A program made the translations under genes and the position numbers. The notes under the pieces are model-generated. The model ran no database searches. It was not told the origin of the DNA and saw nothing but the letters and a program-made list of their open reading frames with translations. A stretch of 61,025 nt of DNA, filler included, from Sphacelaria rigidula (lineage: Eukaryota): the NCBI GenBank assembly GCA_964200075.2. It is 5 parts of 5 records of this genome, joined end to end, with 100 filler letters (N's around TTAATTAATTAA, not from the genome) between each part and the next. Parts side by side here need not be neighbours in the genome. Positions count along the whole stretch, not along the records: positions 12,228 to 24,354 come from CAXNAA020004096.1; positions 24,455 to 36,579 come from CAXNAA020004097.1; 3 more parts are not named here. One strand, given 5' to 3'. Positions 12,841 to 24,767 of this stretch are shown here, one piece after another. Every line of letters starts with the position of its first letter. Position 1 is the stretch's first letter.

Positions 12841-14439
12841 AGGGCATCCAACTCTCTTGTGGATCCCACGATGAGCAACTGCAATACGCCTGGTGGTCAT
12901 TTCACCAGGTGAATCATGATGACGACTCAACAGACGGACTCACTTGGGCGTCTATGGAGGCAACCCTTTAACCGCATACGATGAAGTCATTTCGATATCA
13001 TTGTATGCCAATGAACGACGCGAACGAATATTTACGAGTTGATTCGTCTATTCTGCGAATGTTTTTGCCGTGAAGATCCCCAAAGCTTCGCCGAGGACAG
13101 GGTTAGCCACATTTGTACCGACTTGCGAGGAGTACCCAACGGTGCTCCGCCATTACCTCACATGATCAATCCCCCACTCCTACTAACCATCTGCCTTGCA
13201 GCTACCCAACGAAAATGGGATGGGGAGGATGCGCGAATACATACAGGACTGCTACCACGCAAAAATCGCACAAGCAGTAAACACGCGAAGCCGAGATAAC
13301 CACAAGGGTGACACCTGCGCCACAGTAGCTTTGTATGCACACACAATGACGAATACGCACTCAAGGCACGAAAAAATTAAGATAAAACACACAGCGTCCA
13401 ACAGTGAGTGGCGTTCGGTGCACACAGGGCGCACGGCCTCAATCTGTGCCAGCACAGCCCATCTCCTGACATTCACTATTTCATAAAAAGCCTACCCTAC
13501 CGCTGAGTATCCCCCAAAAGCACGGTCGATCTCTATCTGCTCGTTCTCCACATCGAGACATCTTGCCCAATAAGCATGGTTGCTCCTCCAACAAGGACCT
13601 ACATGACGCTCGCTGCACGTTCGGGCAACAAAGTCTAGGGTTGAGCACGGGTCTGTGTTTCCAAGACAAGATGTGTTCAGGATTGGCGAACCCACGATAT
13701 CAATATTTCATTGCACGGTACCGGAAAATCGCAATTGCGAATGCAGGTATGCGCAATTTTTCGAAACTGGCAATGACATGTGCAGAATAAAAGGGGGATA
13801 ACAGACAAGCGGAAGCGAGTGTTTCCGAACAACAGTGAAGACGATACGGGCGTCCTTCCCACATGCCTGGCTGGAAGGTACGCGGCCATTTCACGAGGCA
13901 GTTTGCCTTGTGGAACGCCAGCGCGGTGTTCAACACTGCGATTTCGGCCTGCGAATGGTTGGCATAGGAACCCCAGTAGATTCAGGGGTTACTTGGAGCG
14001 AGTCAAACTGGCGTGTGGCCTGCTCAGTCCAGGCACGAAGTCTTGTCCGCAAGTAATATTCAGTGTCTCCGACGTTAGCAATTGTTGGGAGTGTGCCCCT
14101 TTTTGCCCGTTCATGTATGAGTATTGAATTTTTCTTGTTTCATTTCTTCTTTTTCAGTTTACTTCGTCCCATCTTTTGCTTCCTTCGCATTTCCCCTTTC
14201 TTGAGTATACTTCATCTAGCATTAGGGTGCTAACCCCCCTCTTCACCAGGACGAGTCCGCATTATCGAGGGGCCAAGCCATATCTCCCTCCACTCCTTCG
14301 GTACTGGGCCAGCGTTGCATTACATGATCGAGCAATGTCGAGCATCGGACTATTAATTTGTCGGGATTCGAGTTTATGAAGTCCGTGCTTTGATCGTCAG
14401 GGCTCCGTGGCAAAAGTCTACGTGACACCACTGCCTCAC

Positions 14440-17400
14440 CTTCTGTGTGAACCGGCACATTTCCCCCTTTTCCGACTTGAGGGGGCATCGCTTGTCATGT
14501 CGACACGGCCCCACCACGTACGGCGTTGGTTTTACCCCCCTTCTCCTCGGTACCCTTGAATTATTGGTGGACCCCGAAGCTCCTTCTGAGGGGGAAAAAA
14601 GTCGAACAGCAGCAAACAGCAACGACGGCGACGGCACATTTACCCTTTGCCGTAGGGGACCGGACTGTAAGAAGACTCCGGATAGCGTGGTCGCGATTGG
14701 AACTGATTTGAAATTAAAAAATGAGTAAAGGTCATCAACGTGGCACTACTTACCGGCGAGTACAGTACAGAAAACAAGAGCGTGAAGGATGCGCTGTTTT
14801 GGTTGGGGTTGGAAGAGAGAAGCTAGCAAAGAAAACAAACCGGTCGTGGTTTGGGATCGGAATTTGAAAACCAGCGAAAAAATGTCGACACTCGAATCAG
14901 GCTGAGATACAAAACTTAAATAGCCAGAGACGACCATGGTTGGGGTGGGACAACAATTATTATACACAGCAACACCCAGTCGTGCTTGGCATCAAGAACG
15001 ACGAATATCCTCGCGAATTCTACACCATGGTTGAGGACGGAAAAAAACAATGAAAAACAACGCTGTCATGAGTAGGTTGGGCACTACAAATTTTTCAAAG
15101 CAAACACGAGCTGGGCTGGCCGTAAGACACCACCCAAACAGGCCACTGGATATGCGCGGGGCAATTTTATAAATTTCGGGCTGAAATCTTGACACGAGAT
15201 CAACAAAGCATAGGCTTACCCTCCACCTGAAATCCCTTTTCAATTATTTCTTTTCAACCCCATTTCCGGAAGATCCAACTTTTGGGCTGTCTTCAGCCTC
15301 CTTCGAATAGTGAAAAAACACAGAATCGGAAACTGATCCAAGGTAGAGGGTAAGTAAGACTATGCGTTGTTAGTCTGTGTCGATTATTGAAAGCCAAAAA
15401 TTCGAAAAAAAAATCTCGTGCATGAGCCGTTTTTGCGTGGGCACTGCTCCAACGTTATTTTCAAGTAGAAAACTAAAGTTTTGACGTGTGCGCGACAGGG
15501 CGCGTCTTTGGTCTTGCGTACTCCAGCTTCAAACAGCCACTTGCCCCTGCCCCTACCGTAACCGTGGGGACAGAGGTCCGCTCCCAGGGCCAACCATCCC
15601 GTGAGCTCGACGCAATGGCCCAGAGCGTGGGCAGCGTATGTGTGTAATGCAAGCAAGGGCGGAAGCAGAGACTTTGGCACCACAACTTCCGCGATGTTTT
15701 TTCAACAAACATCCCGCCGCGTTTTTTCGGCAATTTTCGCCCTTTACTAAACCCACTATTGATCGGCAAGCAACCCGTCTCTTTTGTCTCAAGGCAGTCA
15801 GGTACATCAAGAGCTGTCAGAGCACACGCATGGGTATCTCCAGATCACGGGGATGCGCTTATTTAGCAATATCTCGCCGGCGTTCCTGAAATATGCTTGG
15901 TGGGACGAATATCAGTTTCTAGGGCGGCCCAGCTCGTGTAGGAAATACCCTCGGCGCGAAGGTTGGAATGGCATCCGCTACAAAACAGGCCCAACAACAC
16001 AAAAAAGTAGCACGAGCTAAAGAAGCTGGGTATTGGAGATTGATGACCTCGGATACCGTAGTCATCAGACCATTGACCTCGCATCCCTACAAAGCCGGGA
16101 CGGAGCACGCCGGGTTTTCGNNNNNNNNNNCCGGGCTCTCAATCAATCACCAAGCGCGGAGCGCCGTGATGTGTTCGGCGAGTCGCATGAAGGGTGAGCT
16201 GCATCCAACAAGGATTGTTCCGCTCGAAGCGTACTGATTGTCTTGCATTTGGATGACAGCCTACGATGAGTTGCTTCCTTTTCTGGTATCGCCACTTCCA
16301 GAGACAGCCACGGCTTATACACTGCCTGATGGGTGTCTTACCATTTGAACATTACGTAGTATAACCACTCCCTTTGCGTGGAGTTGAGGTTCTCCCACCG
16401 CGCACAACATGATCTAGCTCGACCACCATTACGGTTACCGGGAAAAAAAACGCAAGGGCGCACAAAAAGCGGTAACATGGTTGCCTAGCTTGCGCAGCGA
16501 GTGGCGTGTGCTACAGCTTCATTGTCAACAGACGCCAACCCCATAGGGGGTCCATCCCTACAAAGCCGGGACGGAGCACGCCGTGTTTTCGCCGGACCAG
16601 ACTAGAGAGGGTGGGGGTAGGGGGGTTTAAGCAAGTCTCAGATGGTCTAGCGAACACTCGGAAGTAACGCATCAACACATCACTACGTGTGTGTGTGCCG
16701 CATTCGAAGCAGAATTTGGCCTTAGCGGCCACATGACCTTCTTAGTAAATTAGTTACCACGTGTGAGAAAATGTCGCAGAGCAGTGTGTCACAATTCCGT
16801 CGTCGCCTCGCCTTTGCATCCACCTCTGCTTCTGCAGCGCGCGGTCACGCCGTATCCCACACATCAAACCATCGAGTTTTTCTTTTTCCATTACGAACTT
16901 TGCTACTGTGCACATAACATTGGAGCTGGCTGGGTCTGCCTACTACTGCGGATGTAAACGGTGAAAATACTGATGATCTATCGGGCTCGTTTTAGGCGTC
17001 ATCGGCAACTTACTCGACGATCGCCCTTTACAGCCCATTTTCGATATCGTGGGAAACACGAAATATGCTCGAGTTTGTTCCACTCCCTGTTGCAAAAACA
17101 CTTTGTTTTCTTCCTTCATCGTCCTCGTGTCAGTCAGAGCTTTCAAACGTGAAAAACCCAGACCAAACAAACTCAGCCAACAGCGATTCAAGGTGCTGCC
17201 ACCCGCTGATAGTCGCACGACCTGTCTGTCGGATCTTACATACCTCGAACTTCCTGCACACACCGTTATTATCAATGAATCCTGGGTGCACTTTGCCCTT
17301 GTACCTTGCTGCTTCTTACACACTGAAGCGCCTCACTCAACTCACCCACAAAGAATCGATCAGGTCCCACACGTTTTGAGATGGCTTCCAGAAACTTCAA

Positions 17401-20400
17401 CCACCATAAAAGTCTGAGAAGCTTATGTCCGCTCCAGCACAAAAACTCGATTTTTCCCAAACACAGAATTGAGCCCTTTGCGATACTGTGTTGTGGAACA
17501 CGACAACACATGCTGGACTTTGTTCCAGCCTCTGGTGCAAACATACTTTGTTTTTTTCCTTCGTCGTCCTTCCTTCCCCCTTATCCGGATGAATTGGAAG
17601 TCCCAAGGAATCAAACCACTTCTCCCTCTCCCCCACGTCATATGGAGCAATGCAGCAGTGCAGCGGTGCAGCAGCAGCTCATCGACCTTTCATCGAATGT
17701 GTATCATTTTCCAGCCCACGTTGCCATGTTTTCGAACATCGGGAAACAACAGACGAAAACCCCTCTTTTACTTTCAGAGCGTTGGGATTTCGGAGCAAAA
17801 TAATCCGCGCAAGTGAGTGCGATGCCACTTACCACGTATCAGCTTCTACCGTACTCACACATTCTCCGTGTGGTTGAAATACAAATAGGTCGAGTGCGAG
17901 TTTTTCTCGAAGATAACGCACCTGCTACGGAAATGTTCCAGGCGTCCAGCACCAAATATATCCCGCGGAAAAAGTACACTTACACGGTGCGATGAAAATA
18001 TCTGGGTGCAAAAAAATGTGTATTCGATAGATGCAGCGCGCGTGTTTCCCCAAGGTGCTACTGCAGATTCACGGAAGGAACGGATCAGCCATAGCAGTAA
18101 GAAACTTGACCTAGATTTCTTCGTGGACACTGCGGCAACCACGCCCCGCTTTTAAGTTGGCGCTTCAGAAGCGCCTTTGTATTTGGTGGCATTTATCATA
18201 TGGCATCAGCGCGGGACCTCGGGAAAATTCATGTCAGAATACATCGTTATTGGGTTTGCCCCTCGGCTGAGAGAACGACCACCGTGATTGAATGCAATGA
18301 CACAACGCCGGAAAATATCCTGGGCGTGAAACTTCACGAGCGTGCACGGATTAAGCTTGTCGTTAACATCACCTGGCGGGGCAGGAACTGTATCGAGCAC
18401 CATCTGTCGTGCCGAACGCACTGTGTGGGATCCCTTAGCGCTTCCGTCCTCCACAACTAGCAAAACGCCTCCGGGGGACACCAGGTTCCATAACACGGCC
18501 GTCGCCGCTGCCCTGTAGAAAAATAAATAAAAGAGGGGCATTCTTGCCCCATCACTCCCGTGGCGTAGACACACTTTTGTCCATTCCATTCATGCACACT
18601 TGCGCTTTGAGTGTTTCTAGTCTTGACTCCGTTCACATACAATCAACATTGAAAAACAGCTAACCCTTCGCTAGTTTTGTCAGCAACATCGATCAAGCAT
18701 GAGTGCCCGTACTCTTGGAACTGGGGGGAAAAGAACAACCCAAGTCACGGGGAGAGGAGGCAGAGACAGGCAAAGACAGGGAGAGCCCTCACACTGCTAA
18801 TCGCAGAGGGACAACACGCGCCACTTGACAACAAAGTATGTATTACCCACAAAACAGCGGGATATCAACAGAGGGGGGATGGGGAGAGACAGAGAGACAG
18901 AGAGACACACAGACAGATTCATGTGTTTTCACACACACACATACTCACGCACACCCCTTTATAAGCAATCTATGTTGTTGTGATGTGGCGTATTATTCCT
19001 TCGTGCCATGAGTAAAGGCGGCTCGTTAAGCTAATCGTTACCTAGCGGTGTGGGTGGTGAGGTGAGATAAAGAGTAGGCCGCCACGACCAGGTCGAACTT
19101 CTTGCCGTCGTCTCCTCCTGCCGTGTCACCAAAAATAGAGAGCGATTAGGGGGCGGGTCAGCCGAACGGCGAGCGAGAAGCAACTGCCTCCTCCAGACGA
19201 GGTGTGACAGAAACTTTCTGATTAGGTTTTGCAACATCGTCTACATGATCAAATACCCGAGGCACTGCCCCCACCACTCCTACATGTGCTTACTATCTTG
19301 ACCCTTTTGGAACCCATTGACGATTTTTATTTTGGTGAATCGGCATCAGTTCAAGTCATTTTCAAGTCAAAATGATGCCGATTCATGAAAACAAAAATCG
19401 TCAGTGGGCTCCAAAAGGGTTAAAGGGCGTTTCGATGTAACTCAGGCAATGACATACGGTCACCCCCCAGGAGTTGAAATATATACACATCAATACTGTA
19501 TATACCGGACAGTGAAATTTCTTCCTCGCATCGTGTGCGCTGTACCTTCCGGCTGCCGTTTTTCGGTCGTAAATACTCTCGTATATTGTATGTCACTCGG
19601 GAAAAAAATGAACCCGCGATCGCACACGTACTGTGTAGCCAGCCTGACACGCCAACGACGCCCATTGCTGTCGTCTGAATGTCGGACATGACAAACCAAT
19701 AAGGGGTGCTTGAGAGTGCAACACACTCAAAAAACCCACGTAAACGCACAAGCACCTCCACATACAAATATTCCCTTTGGTACTGTGACCAACGGCAAAA
19801 CGCCTCAGTTGAAACTACAGGCACGACATGACAATAAATTTAAAACGTGATGATGCGACAACCATGGACAACAGGAAACAACACACATTTCGGAATAAAG
19901 TGATGAGCAAAACGTTTTTGCTGTCCAGAAAGCATGGCACCAATGAAAAAATTTCCCCAATAACAGAATATTTTCCAGATCACTTGTGAAGCCGCATTTC
20001 TCGAGTTCACGCGAGTCGAGTCGCTCTTGGTGTTCGTGTAACTCTTGCTTTCGAAGAAGAACTAACAACGTTTTATTGCTCAAGGACGGAAAAGTACTAG
20101 AGATGAGAAAATGAGTCGGTGTTTTGACATTCAAAGTACAATGTCCCGCCGATTGTACGACGAGGCCTGATGTACCCCTCACGCCGCGGCCTTAGCCGCT
20201 TCCACAAAGAGCAACTGCCCACGTTCGTACCACTTATCAATCTTCCCCTCATATGTGATAGATACCTGTGACAGCACAGTTTTGCTCAATACACGACGGA
20301 CACGTAAGTATTCCGAAGCGCTTCAACATATTCGGCCGCGTGGCAAAATATGTCTCTGCGAACAGCGATGATCATATTTCAGAGTTTTTCCCGCCTCTCA

Positions 20401-23400
20401 AGTCTCTCACCAAAAGGATGGCACGTAGCGACAGTAGCACCCACACAGTGGCGGCTTTTGGTCTCTCTCTTGAAGGAGGATTCGCAATGTAACACGAACA
20501 AAAAACACGGCTGTTCATCAATGAAATATTTCGCATTCACCCTCTTTCTGCGATAAAAAAAAATGAAAAAAACAACGGCAAAAAAAAATACCGACAGACG
20601 TACATCTTCAGGAGTGCAGGGGTGACGTGTCAAAACCAAGCAAACAGCAAGCAAACAGCAAGTGCGTTCGATGCAGTCGTGATTGAAAGACCAAACACTA
20701 CTGTAACCATCGTGACTACGCTTGCTTTCCACCGTACCTCTGGCAGCCGCCTTGGCCTCTTCCATGAGAGAACTCCCGAATCCCACCCGCACTTGTCCCG
20801 AGTTCATAAGCGACTCGAGCATGATCTTGCTGGCGTCTATCATAGACTGAGATTCCTCAACAAGACGGATCTCCGACAACTGGCAACCTGTGGGTGGGTA
20901 TGGGTACACGCATGCCGCAGTACGCCGGTGGTACAACATGACTACTTTGGACCAATGCCGCGGCTTCAAATCCCGACAGGTAGTGGGATATATGCCAGTA
21001 CTTCGTGACATTACTGCTCTAGAAAAATACTCGATTTATACCATTGTCAAAAAAAATACGCGAAGGTATAGCCATTTCTGAATCACACCCAAAAACATAT
21101 GTACAGTCACATATTCAACAAGTACAACTGTGACACATAAATCCGACGCCCGATTATATTCCATACATGGAGTATGTATGCATGTACGTCGAAGTAACTG
21201 TTGAAGCATGACACGGAAGGTTGACATCTTGCTCGTACACAGCATTGAAGTGAACTCATCGGCCGGTCATTCAACTCACATAGTTGAAGCTTGGCAGCTA
21301 CCTGTATGGACATACCTTTGACTTGTGATGAAGAGCTTCGAGTGCACTACCTTTCATGAGGCCGAGGGACATGCAAAATATTGGCATTCCACAAATTGTG
21401 TATGGAGGTACATATATATATATATATATATATGTGTCCCTCGCACTTTGAACCCCTCTCCTTCCCCGGGATGAGTCCGTGGTCTCAAGGGATCAACACA
21501 TCTCGCCCCCGGTACGCGCCTTTCATTTTGGTCTCGCGGATTGGGTCAGCAATCCCGCACCGCGTCAACTCACGTCACACAAACCCAGTGGACTACCTCG
21601 TTTACTCACGTTCTCACGCTTTCCACAGTGGAAAACAGACATTGCGAAGAAAAAAACCAACGCCTCGGGAATCGAACCCCCGTTCTCTCCACGCTAATGA
21701 CGACAGTCGGACCATTACATCACCGGGGCGCGGCGGCATTACAGTACAAGATAGATAGTGCACTGTTTATTCCGTGCAACCATATATAAAATATAATAAT
21801 AATGAACGACCGGGCAGGACAAAATGCGCTTAGATCTAAGCTTGCAGCACGAGTAAATATAATTTTTGAATGCTGCACGAATTTAGCGTTGACGTGTTGT
21901 TGAGGCGTATCTAAAATGTAAAAGCATACCACCACAAAATGTATATCCCTATCGTAGACTCCCCAACGTATACACATACTTACATGCATTGCCTTGTTCT
22001 TCATGTTCTTCTCCATCGCCGTCGCCCTCGATGCCACCACCTGAACCCCCCCAGACTTCCCAGGCAGCCAGCGCCGCCGTGCCGGGACCGCTCCCAAAGT
22101 CGAGCATGCTGGTCGGGTCAAGATCCGGCAAGTCCTGTCGCACCTCGGACAGTACCCTGTGTATATGTATATATGTATGTGTGCGTGCGTGCGTGCGTGC
22201 GTGTGTGTGTGTGTGTTCCCATTTGGCGCTATAGACAAGAACTCAACGTAGTAGCAAAGCAAAAGTAAGAATGTGTATATAGGCGCCGCGCCCCGGTGAT
22301 GTGATGGTCCGACTGTCGCCAATAGGGTGGAGAGAACGGAGGTTCGATTCCCGAGGCGTTGGGGTTTTTTTCGTAATGTATGATTTCCACCCAGGGAAGC
22401 GTGAGAACGTGAGTAAACAAAGTAGTCGACTGGATTTGTGTGACGTGAGTTGACGCGATGCAGGAGTGCTGAGTGCTGACCCAATCCGCGAGACTAAAAA
22501 TGAAAGGAGCGTACCGGGGGAGATATGGGTTGATCCCTAGAGACCACGGACTCATCCCGAGGAAGGGGAGGGGTTCAAAGTGCGAGGAAAAAGAAAAAAT
22601 ACATATACATATATATATATATATATACACACACACGCAAGGACACACAAAAGATGAGCTTGACTCGGGTTGGTCACGTCAAGGGCAAGCTGTGCTGGTA
22701 TGTTTTTCTTGGTTTGGCCGGAGTTGTCGTTTCGACCCACGAAAAACGGATTCCTACAACGCGAGAATCAGGTGGAGTTGACGTCAATATCATAAGAGTG
22801 TGGGTTTCCCGAGGAGGCCCTGTCGATCCTGCATATCTCGTCAGTCTACTCTTCGTTCTTTTCCTCTCACTTCTTTGCTGTATCCTTCCGTATCTTACTC
22901 GAGTTTTCTTTTGCAAATGCTTTCGTCTACTTAACTTCGGCGGTGTGCCTGTAGTTACCAAAAACGGATTCGGAGCGGATGAGCAAGTATGGGATGATCA
23001 ACCAGTCCATCAATCGATCAATTCGTCACTCAATCAACAGCTAACAATATGGTAGTCAGCATCAGAATTGTTCGGGGTTGTTTTAGGCATTTCTCGCGTA
23101 TTACACTTCGATAGAACTCAAAAGTGCTGGCGTCGACAGGTTTTGGTAGAATAAACAGATGGTCCGCAAAACACAGTGCCAAGTTAGTGTTACTTGGTGT
23201 TATCGGGGGATACGAATAGATACCCCGTTTATCAGGAGGGTGTTCTTGACAATGAAATACAGTTTTTTGGTTCTAGTGCAAATGAGTAGGTGAGAATTAA
23301 AAAATATATATTTTAGTTTCTTCACAATTACGATCAGAATAGGCTCGATCACTCGAAAATACCGAAGAGGCAAAATCTGGGCTAAAAAGTGGCAGGACCC

Positions 23401-24224
23401 CCCGATGACCGGTCAGCCCGTAAGTCACTCAATATTGATTACTGATGGGTTTTTTTCTTGGAATGTGGAGCGGATACGAGTATTTTCAGATCCCAAATGT
23501 GATGAGCGGTGGCGAGCGAAAGAGCCTAAACAAATCGCCAAATACGAAGAAATTACAAAATGAATAGTTCAGACGCTCACCACTCATAGTAAAGCATTAT
23601 CCACCCCAACACATTTCTTATGTGTCAAGCGCGAATGGTCGATTCTTTTCAACTGTATCCAGAAATCCCCACAGAGTGCTCCGTATCTCAGCATCGACTC
23701 GATGAGTGGTCAGTCTGCGCTCATCTGTGGATACTACCCCGATCATGGCTTGCTTGTCTTTCCCAATATTATCTAGGCATACTAGAGCATGCCTACATAT
23801 TCCCGTGTTACACTGTGTGACCGGCAATCGATCGTGTCTTAGAAACGCTTTATTCGTGTGGCGTCATCCAATCAGGACGCTGGATGCGGACATCGACTAT
23901 TTTTCCTTCCGGCATGAAACCATGTGACTGCTATGACTGCCGTGACTGTCATTCGATCGAACATCGTGGACGGCAGAAGTTCGCCTGTAACGTCTGTGCA
24001 CGGTGGTGCAGGCACACATCAATCCCCCAACCTTCCAGCGTGTAATCATGCGATTGCCGATTAAATGCGCATACATGGCAACAAGTTTGTCCCTCTTTCC
24101 TACCTGTGCAAGACACTGTAGGCGGGTATCATCCGGTGGAAAACGTATGCATAGGTCTCCGACGGACCGTAGATCACACGATTCGGGGCCGCTCCTGGTG
24201 TTGCGCTCGCCCCGTTTGCTCCTG
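14440..24224 (-). CDS. RSM22: Mitochondrial small-subunit assembly factor / SAM-dependent methyltransferase-like Rsm22 (METTL17 family), partial. Exons ~24224-24104, 22156-21984, 20887-20738, 19117-19042, 18512-18373, 14585-14440
   Basis: Spliced peptide YGPSETYAYVFHRMIPAYSVLHR|VLSEVRQDLPDLDPTSMLDFGSGPGTA...FDLVVAAYSLSHL...LWNLVSPGGVLLVVEDGSAKG...VVGPCRHDKRCPL..CRFTQK. All junctions are GT-AG with compatible phases (2,1,1,2,1). N- and C-terminal exons were not found on this contig. Confidence 0.9.
19302..19419. mobile_element. piggyBac-like MITE
   Basis: ttga|CCCTTTTGG...CCAAAAGGG|ttaa; arms are complementary around ggcatc...gatgcc; related sequence at 28150-28322 and 57735-57895. Confidence 0.6.
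21437..21736 (-). mobile_element. tRNA-derived SINE, family A
   Basis: Reverse complement of 22282-22590; B box appears as ggaatcgaacc; (TA)n tail at about 21409-21432. Confidence 0.8.
22282..22590 (+). mobile_element. tRNA-derived SINE, family A
   Basis: 5' end gccgcgccccGGTGATGTGATGG (A-box-like) and GGTTCGATTCC (B box, 22341); (TA)n tail; further copies at 21437-21736, 35405-35708 and a fragment at 29120-29190. Confidence 0.8.
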
Positions 24225-24354
24225 CTGCGTTTTTGGTGACAATAAGCGTGACAGGTGAAAAGAGGAACGATGAAAAAAATGCAGTGCAGTAGCTGGAGCT
24301 GTACTGTATATACATATATATATATGCACGGGGGGGGGGTGTACTCATGATCAT

Positions 24355-24454
24355 NNNNNNNNNNNNNNNNNNNNNNNNNNNNNNNNNNNNNNNNNNNNTT
24401 AATTAATTAANNNNNNNNNNNNNNNNNNNNNNNNNNNNNNNNNNNNNNNNNNNN
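24355..24454. other. Artificial contig linker
   Basis: N-run, TTAATTAATTAA, N-run; 100 nt. Confidence 0.97.
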
Positions 24455-24767
24455 CACTGCCTCATGGGTGCCTCACCATTTGAACACTACGTGGAACGAT
24501 CATTCCCATTGTGCGCGCGCGGTAAATGGGTCAACACTCTGTTCAAACATATGCTGGCATTCTCCAAAACCTTCTCCCTAAGCAGGGCAAGATTGAATCA
24601 TGCCTGCCTGACTAATGGATGGGTTTCTGAACAACGCTTATCTTCGAACGATTCCTGTACGACGAAAATACCACTCTTTCTGAAGTGATGCCGTAAATCG
24701 TATTTTGTGTCCGTCTTTTCGTTTCAAGAATTCACAACCGTAATTTGTTTTTCACAACACTGTACAG

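Noticed and set aside
22282..22360. tRNA gene (also at 49195-49270)
   Set aside because: A/B boxes are present but no clean cloverleaf is visible; each is fused to a conserved body and microsatellite tail in several copies, which marks SINE heads.
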